Source: an uncultured Chloroflexia bacterium
GTDB taxonomy: Bacteria > Chloroflexota > Limnocylindria > Limnocylindrales > CSP1-4
Length of the DNA: 64,000 nucleotides
Direction: 5' to 3'
Assembly: GCA_963819655.1 (NCBI GenBank)
Contig: CAWFXA010000003.1
Location: forward strand, 928,001 to 992,000
The notes beneath the pieces were generated by a model. It searched no databases and was not told where the DNA came from. It saw nothing but the letters and a program-made list of their open reading frames with translations. Made by a program: the position numbers and the translations under genes. Of this stretch, positions 10,356-20,260 are shown one piece after another. The number at the start of each line of letters is the position of its first letter. Within the stretch, counting starts at the first letter, position 1.

Positions 10356-10721
10356 TCAGACGTAGACCAGCTCGTCGAAATTCTCGACCAGGTAATCGAT
10401 GAGCCGCCGACGCCCGTCCTTCGCCTGTGCGCGGATCCCCGGTACGAGGGCGTACAGCGCCACGGCGGGGATCATCTGGCGACCCTCCGCGTCGCGCCCG
10501 ACCACCGCGACCGGTCCGTTGCCAGAAGCGAACACTCGTTCTATATCTCGCTCGCTGAGCTTCGCCGCCTTCCGGAAGTCGGTCAGGACGCGGATGACAC
10601 CGCGGCGCTTCGCGACGTCGCGCATCAACTCGGCGGCCCACGAGTCGATCTGTGCGTCGGACTGCTCGGTGAGCCGTGCTCGATATTCCTTGGGGTCGGC
10701 GGAAAGGCCGGTCGCTGCCAC
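10356..10721 (-). CDS. Hypothetical protein
   Basis: GTG with GGAG SD, natural amino-acid composition, co-directional operon. Confidence 0.7.
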   Translation of the reverse strand: MAATGLSADPKEYRARLTEQSDAQIDSWAAELMRDVAKRRGVIRVLTDFRKAAKLSERDIERVFASGNGPVAVVGRDAEGRQMIPAVALYALVPGIRAQAKDGRRRLIDYLVENFDELVYV

Positions 10722-10803
10722 GCTCGCTCCTGCGGATCTGGTCGTCCGCCCGAGTATGCCAGACGGACCCAGGCCGCCGCCGAGCGTCGATCGTCCGTGG
10801 CGA

Positions 10804-11583
10804 TCAGCCGGCCTTCGCGGCCTCCACGCTCGATCCCGCGAGCTGCGCCGCGAGCGCCGCGTCACGCGATCCCTCGGGCCATTCGTTGAAACGCTCGGTC
10901 ATCCAGCGCCCCAGCCGGCCGTTGCGCTCGGGCTCTGCTGCGTCGCGCAGCATGGCCTGGAGCCGCGCCGACAGGGACGCCGTCATCGTCGTTACAGCCG
11001 CCCGGTCCGGTCGGCCCTCACCGACGATCGGTTCTCCGATCCGCACGCGCACCCGCCCACCGAACGGCAACCAGCTCGTGCCGTTGATCGCGATCGGGAC
11101 CAGCGGCACCCGCGAGCGCAAAGCGAAGTACGCCGGTCCGTCGTTGAGCGGGAGCAGGCGACCCTCGATCGCGCCGATCCGCCCCTCCCCCGCGATCGCG
11201 ACGATGCCGCCATCGGCGATCACGGCACCGACCCGACGGGTTGCCTCGAGTAGGTCGTTCTTGCCCGGCTTGTACGGGATCGCGCTCCCGGTCCAGAGCA
11301 TCACGCGGTTCCGTCCGCCGGCCCGCATGTCCTCTTCCTTCGGGCCGAAGAAAGACAGCCGAGGCCGGAGCGGCAGGGTCGCCATCAACACGAAGGGATC
11401 CACCCACGACAGATGGTTGAACGCGTAGATCGCAGGGCCGCGCGGCAGGCGCTCGCGATCCTGGACATCGAACCGCAGCCAGCCCCGCGTGATCAGCGCG
11501 ATGAGGAGCCGCGACACGTAGTACCGGATCGTCCGCCGCAGCGGATGGATGGCCAGCGGCGATCCCGCGCGCTGCGCGGTCAC
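10804..11583 (-). CDS. plsC: Lysophospholipid acyltransferase (PlsC family)
   Basis: NHLSWVD (HX4D), AGEGR, VPLVPIAING; GTGA overlap with the upstream gene. Confidence 0.88.
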   Translation of the reverse strand: MTAQRAGSPLAIHPLRRTIRYYVSRLLIALITRGWLRFDVQDRERLPRGPAIYAFNHLSWVDPFVLMATLPLRPRLSFFGPKEEDMRAGGRNRVMLWTGSAIPYKPGKNDLLEATRRVGAVIADGGIVAIAGEGRIGAIEGRLLPLNDGPAYFALRSRVPLVPIAINGTSWLPFGGRVRVRIGEPIVGEGRPDRAAVTTMTASLSARLQAMLRDAAEPERNGRLGRWMTERFNEWPEGSRDAALAAQLAGSSVEAAKAG

Positions 11584-11993
11584 GACGCGCGATCGATGGC
11601 TGCGTAGACCTCGAGAGCGAACGCGGAGATCGCCTCGCCCTCGTCGTCTGTGCCGCGGAGGATGATGTTGTCGACCTGGAACCCGACGAGCCGATGGCCA
11701 CCGACCTGTTCGACGGACAGCTCGCCGGTCTGGACCCGGTTCCAGCGGACGAGCTTGCCGGAGGACCGCGGGCCCTCCTGCGGGACGTTGACGCGCACAT
11801 GCACCTGGACCAGGCCGGCCGCCGTCGGCGTCAGGATCACGTAGCGCGCTTTCGGGTCCTCGCCCCATGCGATCCAGCTCGATGGATCCTTCGGGGCGCC
11901 GAGCGCGGCCAGGATCGGGGTCACCGTGGCCATGACCTTCGGCGCCACGGATTCCTTGTGTGGTGCGCGCTTCGACCACTCGCTCAGGCGCAT
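11580..11993 (-). CDS. Hypothetical protein
   Basis: ATG with GGGAGG SD; coupled to plsC. Confidence 0.7.
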   Translation of the reverse strand: MRLSEWSKRAPHKESVAPKVMATVTPILAALGAPKDPSSWIAWGEDPKARYVILTPTAAGLVQVHVRVNVPQEGPRSSGKLVRWNRVQTGELSVEQVGGHRLVGFQVDNIILRGTDDEGEAISAFALEVYAAIDRAS

Positions 11994-12117
11994 GGTGTCC
12001 TCCCTGCGGCCGAACCCCTCCAGCCTTCGGCCGAGGCTAGCACACGGCCGTGGTTCGGCAGTCACACCATCGAGCCTGGGTGGTGCGCGGGTGCGTCCGG
12101 CCCGTAGGATGCGCACG

Positions 12118-13209
12118 ATGTCCATCGCTTTCGTGCCCCAGATCGCGCTGCTCGCGGCCGCCGGCGTGGTCGTTGGGCTGTGGCTGCTCGTCCGCGGGAT
12201 GACCGGCTACCGCGATGCCGCCCGCCTCGAGGACACCGCGACCTCGCGCATCGCGACGCTCGCCGCCGGCGAGGTCCAGCTGAGCGGCGCGATCGAGCCG
12301 GCGGAACTGACGCTGATCTCCCCGCTCCAGAGTGCGACTTGCGTCTACTACCGCTCGACGATCGACGACGGTGGCGACGGACTGGACCTCGGCGCCGCGT
12401 TCGCCGAGGAGCGCGCCGTCGGTTTTCGCGTGCGCGATGCCACGGGCGACATCCGGGTCTTCCCGCGTGGAGCCCGCTGGGATGCTCCGATGCATCTCGA
12501 TGAGGCCACCGGCGTCATGGGCGATGAGCCACCGGGATTGCGGTTGCGGACAGGCACGGCCGTCGCCGAGACGGGCCTTGGCCGCGAAGCCGCGATCGCC
12601 GCGCTGCTGACGGTGCCGACCGCGGGGACCGGCACTCTCTCGATCCTGGGCGGCACTGCTCGAAGCCTGTATGGCACCGGATCCGGGAAGCGTCATCGCT
12701 ACCGCGAGGCGCTCCTCGTGCCAGGCGATGCCATCACGATCGTCGGACGAGCGATGCCCTTCGTCGACCTCGCCGATCCGAACGAGGCGGACGTGGAGCT
12801 CGGATCCGGGCTCGCCGCGGACGACCCGGAGGTGGCCGGCGACATCGCCGAGGCCCGATCGGTCGGCCTTCTCGAGGACTCGGCGGAAGAGGCGTGGGGC
12901 AACGCCGCCATCCCGGGCTTCGGGATCGGCCGCCCCGTTCGTCCACCCGAGCTCGACTCGGCCGCGAACGCGCTGCCGATCGCCTCCCAGACCGAGGCCG
13001 CCGACGCGGAACGAAGGTTCACGATCGCACCCGAGACCCTTGTGCTTGCCAGCGCGCCAGGCGTCCCTCTGCTGATCGCCCACGGCCTGCCGAGCGTCGC
13101 GGTCGAGCGGCACCAGGATAGGTTCCTGATCGGGCTGCTGGGGGCCGTCCTCGCGATCGCCTGCGCGATCGTTCTCGCGCTGATGGCGCCGGGCGCGCTC
13201 GGAACGTGA
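12118..13209 (+). CDS. GIDE-domain (E3-ligase-like) membrane protein
   Basis: N- and C-terminal TM helices, EDTATSRIATLAAGEV, CVYYR, FRVRDATG, RYREALLVPGD; directly upstream of lemA. Confidence 0.7.
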   Translation: MSIAFVPQIALLAAAGVVVGLWLLVRGMTGYRDAARLEDTATSRIATLAAGEVQLSGAIEPAELTLISPLQSATCVYYRSTIDDGGDGLDLGAAFAEERAVGFRVRDATGDIRVFPRGARWDAPMHLDEATGVMGDEPPGLRLRTGTAVAETGLGREAAIAALLTVPTAGTGTLSILGGTARSLYGTGSGKRHRYREALLVPGDAITIVGRAMPFVDLADPNEADVELGSGLAADDPEVAGDIAEARSVGLLEDSAEEAWGNAAIPGFGIGRPVRPPELDSAANALPIASQTEAADAERRFTIAPETLVLASAPGVPLLIAHGLPSVAVERHQDRFLIGLLGAVLAIACAIVLALMAPGALGT

Positions 13210-13228
13210 CTGGAGGACGAAGCAGCCG

Positions 13229-13795
13229 ATGAGTCCAGCGACGTATGCGGCGGCGTTCGCGGTCGGGCTCGTCGTCGCGATCGTCGTGTTCCTGGCGATC
13301 ACCAGCTACAACGCGGTGATGGCGCTGCGCCAGCGGATCGACAAGGCCTGGGCCAACATCGACGTCGTCCTCAAGCAGCGGTACGACCAGCTGCCGGCGC
13401 TGGTGGCGGCCGTCCGCGGTCTCCTCGCCTTCGAGCAGGGCGTCCTGACCGAGGTCGCCCGTGCCCGCGCCGCGTACTCGCCGACCGAACCGATCCCCGA
13501 GCAGGCCGTCCACGCGGAGGAGACCTCGCGGGCCGTGCGCTCCCTGTTCGCGGTCGTCGAGGCCTACCCCCAGGTGCGGTCGGACGCGAACGTGCTCGAC
13601 CTCCAGAACGAGATCGAGCGGCTGGAAAGCATGATCGCGGACCGTCGCGAGCTGTACAACGATCAGGTCTATCGGTATAACGCGCGGATCTCCACCTGGC
13701 CGACGCTCCTGCTGGCGCCACTCTTCGGCTGGCGTCAGCGACAGTTCTTCGCCGCCGAACCCGACGAGACCGTCAGGCCGGCCACCGAGCCGTGA
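13229..13795 (+). CDS. lemA: LemA family protein
   Basis: AWANIDVVLKQRYD, VEAYPQVRSD, RRELYNDQVYRYN. Confidence 0.93.
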   Translation: MSPATYAAAFAVGLVVAIVVFLAITSYNAVMALRQRIDKAWANIDVVLKQRYDQLPALVAAVRGLLAFEQGVLTEVARARAAYSPTEPIPEQAVHAEETSRAVRSLFAVVEAYPQVRSDANVLDLQNEIERLESMIADRRELYNDQVYRYNARISTWPTLLLAPLFGWRQRQFFAAEPDETVRPATEP

Positions 13796-14397
13796 GCGAA
13801 CCGGAGGTCGAGCGCCAGATCTACATCGTTCGTCACGGCGAGACCGAGTGGTCGCGCTCCGGGCGGCACACCGGCCGGACGGACATCCCACTGACAGGGT
13901 TGGGCCGCGAGCAGGCACTGGACCTCGGCCGGCGAACGGCCGATCACCCATTCGCGCTCGTGCTGACGAGCCCGTTGTCCCGGGCCGCTGAGACGGCGCG
14001 CCTGGCAGGCTTCCCGGACGCGGAGCGCGTCGACGACCTCAGGGAATGGGACTACGGCGAGTTCGAGGGCCGGACGACCGCCGATATCCGACGCGAGCTG
14101 CCAGGTTGGACGATCTGGACCGGGCCGTGGCGCGGGGGTGAGACGGCCCGGAGGGTGAGCGCCCGTGCGGATCGCGTCATCGCCCGGTGCCTCGACCCCG
14201 CGGTCGAGGGCGACGCCCTGCTGTTCGCTCACGGGCACATCCTCCGCGTCCTCACGGCGCGGTGGCTGGGACTCCCGGCACGGCATGGCGCGCATTTCGC
14301 GCTTGGCACGGCGACGATCGGCATCCTCGGGTGGGAGCGATCGACCCACGTCATCGAGACCTGGAACGAAGCGTGTCACCTGGATCCTGAGGCGTGA
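13792..14397 (+). CDS. Histidine phosphatase family protein
   Basis: RHGETEWS, SPLSRA, EWDYGEFEG, FAHGH. Confidence 0.93.
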   Translation: MSEPEVERQIYIVRHGETEWSRSGRHTGRTDIPLTGLGREQALDLGRRTADHPFALVLTSPLSRAAETARLAGFPDAERVDDLREWDYGEFEGRTTADIRRELPGWTIWTGPWRGGETARRVSARADRVIARCLDPAVEGDALLFAHGHILRVLTARWLGLPARHGAHFALGTATIGILGWERSTHVIETWNEACHLDPEA

Positions 14398-15914
14398 CGG
14401 AGGGCGCTGCCCACGTCCGGGGGTCGGCACTGCTGCTCGTGGGCCGGATGGTCTCGATCGGGATCAACCTCGTCAGCCAGGCGCTGATCGCCCGCCATCT
14501 CAGCCAGACCGAGTTCGGAGCGTTCGCCCTGGCGTTCGCCATCGCGGGTGTGGGCCAGGTCTTCATCACGCTCGGTCTGCACCGCGGGGCGACTCAGTTC
14601 TTCGCGCGGTATGAGGAGACGGGCGATCACCCACGCCTTATCGGATCGATCCTCGTCAATATCGCGGTCATCGTCGGGCTCGGCGCCATGCTCGTGCTCG
14701 GCGTGGCCGTCGCCCAGGGGCTGCTCACCTCGAGCGGCATGCTCGACCCGGCCGCTACGGGCCTGCTCCTGATCCTCGTGGTCCTGGCCCCGATCGATGC
14801 GCTCGACGACATGCTCATCGCCTTGCTCGCCGTGCTCGGCAGCTCGCGCTCGATCTTCATCCGCCGTTACGTGCTGGGCCCGCTGCTGCGCCTGGGCGTC
14901 GCGGCCACGCTGGTCCTCGCCGATGGCGATGCGACGCAGCTCGCGATCGGGTACCTGCTGGCGACCGTCTTCGGCCTGGCGGCATATGGCGCGCTGTTCG
15001 TACGGATGCTCGCGCAGCGCGGGGTGCTGCGCTCGCTGCGGTCGACGCCGCCGACGGCCCCGGCGCGCGAGATGATCCGCTTCTCGCTGCCATTGCTGAC
15101 CAACGACGGCGTCTGGCTCCTGGTCAATACGCTGCCGCTGGTCGTGCTGACCGCCGCCCGCGGGCTCGAGGAGGTGGCGGCCTTCCAGGTCATCCGTCCG
15201 GCAGCGGCGCTCAACACGATCGTCGCGTCTGCGTTCTACGTGCTCTACCTGCCCGTGGCTTCGCGGCTGGCCGCGCGCCACGACCTGGCTGCGTCGACCG
15301 ACCTGTTCTGGCGCACCGCCATGTGGGTGGCGGTCACGAGCTTCCCGATCTTCGCCGCGACATTCGCACTCGGCCGCCCGATCTCGGGCTTGCTCTTCGG
15401 CGACCGCTACGAACCCTCGGGGACATACCTGAGCATCCTCGCGGTCGGCTATCTCATCCAGGCCACGTTCGGGTTCAACGGGATCACTCTCGCGGCACAT
15501 GGCCACACCCGCACGGTGGCCGTCCTCAACGCCACAGCGGCGGCGGCCGGGGTGGCGGCGACTCTGGTCCTGGTGCCGGCGTATGGGGCCCTCGGGGCCG
15601 CGATCGCTGCGGCCGCGACCCTCATCCTCCAGAGCGTGCTGCTCCAGCTGGCGCTGCGACCCAAGGTCGGAATCCCGCTGATCGACCGCGAGGCCGTCCG
15701 GGTCTTCGCGATCATCATCGTCGCTGTCGCCGCGCTCACGGCGGTCCAGGCGCTCACCCCGTTCGGATGGTGGACGATCGCCGCGGTGGCGGCCGCGTCG
15801 CTCGCCGTCGTCATCTTGAACCGCGATGCGCTCCAGATCGAGTCGTACTTCCCCGAGGTCGGTGGCGTCCTCGACAGGCTCCCCGGGTTGCTGCGCGGAC
15901 GACGGCGGCCCTGA
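14394..15914 (+). CDS. Wzx-like oligosaccharide flippase / polysaccharide biosynthesis protein
   Basis: About 14 TM helices, ARHLSQTEFGAF, LVPAYGALGAAIA. Confidence 0.85.
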   Translation: MTEGAAHVRGSALLLVGRMVSIGINLVSQALIARHLSQTEFGAFALAFAIAGVGQVFITLGLHRGATQFFARYEETGDHPRLIGSILVNIAVIVGLGAMLVLGVAVAQGLLTSSGMLDPAATGLLLILVVLAPIDALDDMLIALLAVLGSSRSIFIRRYVLGPLLRLGVAATLVLADGDATQLAIGYLLATVFGLAAYGALFVRMLAQRGVLRSLRSTPPTAPAREMIRFSLPLLTNDGVWLLVNTLPLVVLTAARGLEEVAAFQVIRPAAALNTIVASAFYVLYLPVASRLAARHDLAASTDLFWRTAMWVAVTSFPIFAATFALGRPISGLLFGDRYEPSGTYLSILAVGYLIQATFGFNGITLAAHGHTRTVAVLNATAAAAGVAATLVLVPAYGALGAAIAAAATLILQSVLLQLALRPKVGIPLIDREAVRVFAIIIVAVAALTAVQALTPFGWWTIAAVAAASLAVVILNRDALQIESYFPEVGGVLDRLPGLLRGRRRP

Positions 15915-15933
15915 GGATCCGAAGGTTCGACGG

Positions 15934-16686
15934 TCAGCTCCCCTCCCCGACCCGGCGCCGCACTTCCCATTCCGCGACTGCCACGAACACGACGCCACCG
16001 GCAAGAGCGACCCATCCCCACGGACCCGGGAGGGCGGATGCGTACCCCGCGAAGAGGAGCGAGGCGCCGCCCATGACCGCGAGCGCCACCCCGGCACACC
16101 ATGCGGCGAGTCGGAACGCCGTCGGGCGGAGGGCCGCCAGCGCACCGAGCATGACGATGGCGGCCGCGTAGAACGATGTCTCGACCCAATGGAAGAATGC
16201 GGCGTGCTCGCTCGTGTGGTCCGCGCGCTGCAGACCGGCCTGATCCAGGGCATACACGGTCAAAGGGATGGCGCCGGCGAGGACCAGTACGAGGAGGATG
16301 GGGCTCGGCCGGCCGGCCGGGATGGGTCGAGAACGATCGGGCAGCACGGCCCACAGGACTGCGACGAGGATGATGAACGGGAGCGTGAACGGATCGAGCG
16401 TCAGGGCGGCGGCCATCGTTGCCAGCCCGGCGACACCGACGGCCGCGAGCACGACCAGCGGTCGGATGGCTGCCTCGGGTCTGCGCGCCACAGCGATGAC
16501 AGGCGGCGCGGACACGATCAGCAGAAGCGACGCGACGATGACGTTGTGGTAGGCGTGCGGCGCCTGCGCGGGCACGAGGATACCCACCACCACGGTCACG
16601 ACGCCAAAGCCGACGGCCGACACGGCCATGATGACAGCGAGGACGCGCATCGCTCGCAGCCTGCCGGAACGGGCGCCTTCGGCCAC
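15934..16686 (-). CDS. Hypothetical integral membrane protein
   Basis: About 8 hydrophobic segments; start uncertain. Confidence 0.7.
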   Translation of the reverse strand: MAEGARSGRLRAMRVLAVIMAVSAVGFGVVTVVVGILVPAQAPHAYHNVIVASLLLIVSAPPVIAVARRPEAAIRPLVVLAAVGVAGLATMAAALTLDPFTLPFIILVAVLWAVLPDRSRPIPAGRPSPILLVLVLAGAIPLTVYALDQAGLQRADHTSEHAAFFHWVETSFYAAAIVMLGALAALRPTAFRLAAWCAGVALAVMGGASLLFAGYASALPGPWGWVALAGGVVFVAVAEWEVRRRVGEGS

Positions 16687-16693
16687 GGGTCCC

Positions 16694-17056
16694 CTAGCGG
16701 ACGCCGCTGTCGAGGTCGGCCACGCGCGCACGGACGAGGTCCTCGAGCAGATCGTCCGGCAACGGTGCCGTCGGCGTGAAATGGAGGCTGCCCTTCGTCC
16801 GGTCGAAGCCTGCGATCGCCTCCGCCCGCGTTTCCATGAATGTGTCGGTCAGCGGGTAGATGCTGCAGTGCTGTTTCCAGCCCGCGTAGGACACAAGGAA
16901 CCGTCCGCGGAGCTTGAACGCCGGCATGCCATAGCTGATGGTCTCGACGGCGTCGGGCACGATCCGCCTGACCTCGTCCCGCACGTGCTGCAGGGCCACC
17001 TTCTGATCCTGGGGAAGCGAGGCGAGGTAGGCATCGACTGCCGGATCACGACCCAT
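16694..17056 (-). CDS. DUF1801/YdhG family protein
   Basis: VDAYLASLP, ETISYGMPAF, KQHCSIYP, KGSLHF. Confidence 0.9.
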   Translation of the reverse strand: MGRDPAVDAYLASLPQDQKVALQHVRDEVRRIVPDAVETISYGMPAFKLRGRFLVSYAGWKQHCSIYPLTDTFMETRAEAIAGFDRTKGSLHFTPTAPLPDDLLEDLVRARVADLDSGVR

Positions 17057-17092
17057 GGCGTCCGATGATAGCCGCCGGCAGGACCGCGGAGA

Positions 17093-17536
17093 TCACGACT
17101 CGACGAGCTTGGTCAGGATCCGTCGGAGCGTCTTGCCCTCCGCGTCCGTGAGCCGCGCCAGGGTCGCCTCATTGACCGCGACTGCCATCGGGACGAGTTT
17201 GTCGCGCAGCGATCGACCACGATCGGTCAGGTAGATCCGGCTGACCCGACCGTCTGCGGGATCGGCGACGCGCGTCACCAGCCCATCGCGGACCAGTCGA
17301 TCGAGGGTCCGAACCATCGTCGGCGGCTCGATCGCAACGTCCCGGGAGAGCTCGGCCTGGCTCAAGCCGTCGCGGGCGAACAGGAACAGCAGGACCGCCC
17401 ACTGACCGATGCCGATGCCGGCCGGGCGCATGCGCTCGGCGAGCTGGTTGGCCATCGACCGGGCGACTCGATTGACGAGGTAGCCGAGGCTCTCATCGAT
17501 GACGAACTCGGGCGAGCGCGGTCGCCCGACCTTCAC
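17093..17536 (-). CDS. MarR family transcriptional regulator (alternative start 17605)
   Basis: SLGYLVNRVAR, QWAVL, DGLSQAELS, DPADGRVSRIYLTDRG. Confidence 0.9.
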   Translation of the reverse strand: MKVGRPRSPEFVIDESLGYLVNRVARSMANQLAERMRPAGIGIGQWAVLLFLFARDGLSQAELSRDVAIEPPTMVRTLDRLVRDGLVTRVADPADGRVSRIYLTDRGRSLRDKLVPMAVAVNEATLARLTDAEGKTLRRILTKLVES

Positions 17537-17601
17537 GTTCGCGCACGCCTCGCCGGCTCGCTCATCGCCTGTCGAGGCCCGACGCCGGACCGACCACGTG
17601 G

Positions 17602-18051
17602 TCACGCGTCGAGGGCGGCGCGGTCGGGCGCCAGGACGAAGCCGTCGATGCCGGCGAGTCGAAGCGCCGCCCGCTGGACCGGATGGAACGACGCCAGGGC
17701 GACGCCTGCATCGATGCGCACGGGCGCGGCGATCCGATAGCTGCTGCCCCGCCACACGATCGTGCCGTCGCCGGCGGCCGCGAGGTTCCGATGCCAGTCG
17801 ACCTGCGCGCCGAATGACAGCGAGATCACGAACCCGCCGGGCACGCGCCGGGCGGCGACAGGCGTCGCGTACCGACGACCGCTCCGGCGACCGCGGTGGT
17901 GGACGACCGCGAAGATCGGGTTCCAGCGATGGCCGGCCAGCGGCAGCATGATGGGATTCGTGAGGCGAACGAGCCGCCACAGGATCCCGCCGAATCGGGG
18001 CCTGGCAGCGTGCGAGGTCGTGTCGTGCGTGAGAGGTGTGTGCGCGATCAT
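17602..18051 (-). CDS. Deazaflavin (F420)-dependent nitroreductase family protein
   Basis: HRGRRSGRRYATPV, DWHRNLAAAG. Confidence 0.85.
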   Translation of the reverse strand: MIAHTPLTHDTTSHAARPRFGGILWRLVRLTNPIMLPLAGHRWNPIFAVVHHRGRRSGRRYATPVAARRVPGGFVISLSFGAQVDWHRNLAAAGDGTIVWRGSSYRIAAPVRIDAGVALASFHPVQRAALRLAGIDGFVLAPDRAALDA

Positions 18052-18066
18052 GTCGGAACTCCGTTC

Positions 18067-18112
18067 GTTAGTATGCTATCTATCAATCTGGACAGAACAG
18101 TAGCTTGCTAAC
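18067..18112. promoter_or_regulatory. Two TAG-N4-CTA palindromes, candidate MarR operators
   Basis: GTTAGTATGCTA (18067-18078) and TAGCTTGCTAAC (18101-18112) in an AT-rich stretch upstream of the nitroreductase-marR operon. Confidence 0.6.
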
Positions 18113-18208
18113 GATCACGCCGTCAATCCCCCGTCGCCGGTCCGGCGGCCGACGTGGTGTACTGGACGAGGACCGGGGCTGCCCGGTGAGCGCAGCCAAG
18201 GAGGCGGC

Positions 18209-18580
18209 ATGAACTTCAACGGGATCCTCATCGGATCGGAGAACCCCGCGGCACTGAGCGACTACTACCGCAAGCTCTTCGGCGAGCCGGGCTGGGATGA
18301 CGGCGGCTACACCGGCTGGATGATCGGGTCGGGCGGCGTCTCGATCGGACCTCATAGTGAGGTCCACGGCAAGAACACCGCGCCTGGCCGGATCATCTGG
18401 AACATCGAAAGTGACGACGTGAAGGGCGACTTCGATCGGTTCAAGGCGGCCGGCGCCATCGTCATCCGCGAGCCGTACGACTTCGAGCAGGCGCCCGGCG
18501 TGTGGATCGCCACCTTCGCCGATCCGGACGACAACTACTTCCAGCTCATCACGCCGATGGATCCCAACGCGATGGGCTGA
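18209..18580 (+). CDS. VOC/glyoxalase family protein
   Basis: GGAGG SD; WIATFADPDDNYFQL. Confidence 0.9.
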   Translation: MNFNGILIGSENPAALSDYYRKLFGEPGWDDGGYTGWMIGSGGVSIGPHSEVHGKNTAPGRIIWNIESDDVKGDFDRFKAAGAIVIREPYDFEQAPGVWIATFADPDDNYFQLITPMDPNAMG

Positions 18581-18614
18581 AGGTCCATGAGGACGGGCGG
18601 AACGGCCTGTCTCG

Positions 18615-19244
18615 TCAGTCTGTTGGTGGTCGGAAAGGCGACTGCTGTCGCACCACGCGCGGGATGGTGCGCTGCCCGAGTCCTTCCCACGCGTCGCTGA
18701 CGACGTCGGGTTGGGCTGCCTCGATCGCGGTCAGCAGTTGGCGCACTCCGAGGAGCCCGTCATACCGGACCTCCTGGATGTAGAAGGTCGGTGTCCCCCG
18801 CACCCCGCTCTCGAGCCCGCTGTCGATGTCCGCCTGCACCCTTCCCGCGTGGGCGTGGGTTCGGAGGTCACGACGGAACCGGTCGGTGTCCAGGCCGAGG
18901 TCGGCCGCATACGTCACGAGGTCGTCGTCGCCGAGGGCGTCCTGGTGCTCGAACAGCGCGGTATGCATCCCGAAGAACCGGCCCTGCGCTGCGGCTGCCT
19001 CGGCTGCTTCGGCGGCGTTCTGCGCGTGCGGGTGGAGCGCATGCAACGGGAAGTGGCGGAACACGAACCGGAGCTGCTCGCCCAGGGCCTGCTGGAGCTC
19101 CCCCACGATCGGCACCGCCGCGCGGCAGTACGGACATTCGAAATCGCCGTACTCGACCAGCGTCACGGCTGCGTCGGCGGGCCCGTGGGCATGGTCCCGC
19201 TCACTCACCGGCAGCGACAGCCGCGGACCGCCACTCTCAGGCAT
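18615..19244 (-). CDS. DsbA family thioredoxin-fold protein
   Basis: EYGDFECPYC, FRHFPL, GVRGTPTFY. Confidence 0.92.
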   Translation of the reverse strand: MPESGGPRLSLPVSERDHAHGPADAAVTLVEYGDFECPYCRAAVPIVGELQQALGEQLRFVFRHFPLHALHPHAQNAAEAAEAAAAQGRFFGMHTALFEHQDALGDDDLVTYAADLGLDTDRFRRDLRTHAHAGRVQADIDSGLESGVRGTPTFYIQEVRYDGLLGVRQLLTAIEAAQPDVVSDAWEGLGQRTIPRVVRQQSPFRPPTD

Positions 19245-20199
19245 GCATCTCCTCCGGAGTCCGATGACCAGAGGATATTGGCTTGTTCAAGATGGTGCGC
19301 CGCGGTCCGGTTCGACCCTCCTGGATGCGCTTGCGGGTCTCCGGCACGACTTCGCCGGCGAATCGCTCGAGCTGGTCGAGAGGCGATGTGGTCGGCCAGA
19401 AGATGAACGTGTCGAAACCGAGGTCCAGCGACCAGCCGGCCAGAGCGTCCACCCACGCGTCGACATCCCCACTGAATGCTGATGGCGCCGTACGAGCATC
19501 GATCGCCCCGACGACGTTGTAGATGCGGCGGACGTCCGCCGGGTCGCGACCAGCCGACCGCGCGGCCTCGTCGATCAGGCGCTGCCTGGCCGGGATCGAT
19601 GCCGGCGGCGCATACGTGTTCAGTGGTGAGACCCAGCCGTCGCTCGAGCGGCCGGTGAGCGCAAGCATCCGTGGCCCGCTGCTGCCCAGCCAGAGGGGAA
19701 CCGGCGTCGGCGGGATCGGGCCCGCCTCGTATCCCTCGATGGTGTGCTGGGCACTGCGCAGCTCGACGACATCACCGGCCAAAGCCTGGCGCAGGACGCC
19801 GAGCGCCTCGTCGGTGAACGCGATCATCTCGCTCATGGTGCGCCGTTGGCCACCCATCGCGGCGATGCCGTCGGCCGTGGCTCCCCCGCCGACGCCCAGG
19901 ACGATCCGGCCCGGTGCGAGAACGCTCAGCGATGCCGCGGCCTTCGCGAGCATGGTCGGCGGACGGAGCTGCAGGTCGGCGACGTCGGGCACGAAGGCGA
20001 TCCGCTCTGTCCGCGCAGCGAGGAAGCTGATGAGCGTCCAGACATCGAGGAACTCAGCGTTGTATGCATGGTCCTGGATGGCGAGGTAGTCCAGGCCCGC
20101 CTCGTCCGCGGCCTGCGCCAGCCGAAGGTTGTCCTCGAGCGCGTCGACCGACGGGATCAGGCTCAGGCCGAAGGTGATCGGGTGTCCGTAGTCGCTCAT
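19237..20199 (-). CDS. LLM class flavin-dependent oxidoreductase
   Basis: IQDHAY, LRPPTMLAKAAASL, GPRMLALTGRSSDGW. Confidence 0.9.
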   Translation of the reverse strand: MSDYGHPITFGLSLIPSVDALEDNLRLAQAADEAGLDYLAIQDHAYNAEFLDVWTLISFLAARTERIAFVPDVADLQLRPPTMLAKAAASLSVLAPGRIVLGVGGGATADGIAAMGGQRRTMSEMIAFTDEALGVLRQALAGDVVELRSAQHTIEGYEAGPIPPTPVPLWLGSSGPRMLALTGRSSDGWVSPLNTYAPPASIPARQRLIDEAARSAGRDPADVRRIYNVVGAIDARTAPSAFSGDVDAWVDALAGWSLDLGFDTFIFWPTTSPLDQLERFAGEVVPETRKRIQEGRTGPRRTILNKPISSGHRTPEEMHA

Positions 20200-20215
20200 C
20201 GCTCGTTCCGTCCTA

Positions 20216-20260
20216 GTTGCACCTGCAACCACCATAGCCCTATTTGGTTGCAGATGCAAG
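20216..20260. promoter_or_regulatory. Tandem GTTGCA-NN-TGCAA palindromes, candidate operator
   Basis: GTTGCACCTGCAAC (20216-20229) and GTTGCAGATGCAAG (20247-20260), 31 bp apart, upstream of the LLM gene. Confidence 0.65.
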
